A stretch of 64,000 bases of DNA, taken from positions 36,208,001-36,272,000 of the forward strand of contig CM060731.1 of NCBI GenBank assembly GCA_030704615.1. Direction: 5' to 3'. Both the position numbers and the translations under genes were made by a program. How positions within the stretch are numbered: the stretch's first letter is position 1; every line of letters begins with the position of its first letter. Below are positions 63,730 to 64,000 of the stretch, piece after piece. A model generated the notes under the pieces. That model saw only the letters and a list, made by a program, of their open reading frames with translations. It had not been told where the DNA came from and did not search any database. This DNA is from Takakia lepidozioides (lineage: Eukaryota > Plantae > Bryophyta).

Positions 63730-64000
63730 GCAAATGAGAGAAGAAGTGAAGTCATTTATGTTGATTATTCCAATTTCTTGGAAGGCGGCGTGGGCTAACA
63801 TTTGGAAAAAGCATAGATCATCCAAGATCTCTGCCTTTCTCTGGAGAATAGCTAATTGCATCATTCTTGTTGGAGCTCTAATTGCTGACCCCCCCTCTTC
63901 TTGTGCTACTTGCAATTTAAATGCTTCAGAATATTGAGCATTGTCTGGTCTCTTGCCCCTTCGCAGTTGCGGTTTGGTCTCGCGCTTTCTTTCTCTACTC
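63730..64000 (+). pseudogene. L1-type LINE 3' fragment (zf-RVT region)
   Basis: WANIWKKHRSSKISAFLWRIA...CATC...then (shifted frame) NIEHCLVSCPFAVAVWS. Confidence 0.8.

Overview
A 64-kb, transposon-dominated eukaryotic region, probably from a non-seed land plant (PLS-type PPR relic, Tcn1-like chromovirus, spliceosomal introns). Only one plausible host gene is present, a small two-exon gene at about 1.9-2.3 kb. The rest comprises: (i) a ~9-kb decayed Dualen/RandI-type LINE with both APE and restriction-like endonucleases, RT and RNase H, plus a chromodomain and a PCIF1/CAPAM-like methyltransferase segment; (ii) a 13-kb Ty3/Gypsy element (25596-38630, minus strand) with a DNMT3-like C5 methyltransferase inside pol, a PHD finger on a DDE integrase, an antisense intron-containing N4/N6-methyltransferase-like gene, a fold-back (tRNA-independent) primer site, and permuted split terminal repeats (X...Y-GC-X-Y) that fit integration of a 2-LTR circle through an internal palindromic att site; (iii) a Tcn1/Tf1-like chromovirus whose 5' LTR is interrupted by a complete hAT transposon; (iv) nested hAT MITEs, a piggyBac-like transposase relic, an L1 3' fragment, and palindromic GCGACCGCC repeat arrays. 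A structured 3'-UTR motif of the LINE recurs five times in the window. All calls were made by eye from motifs; no searches were run.
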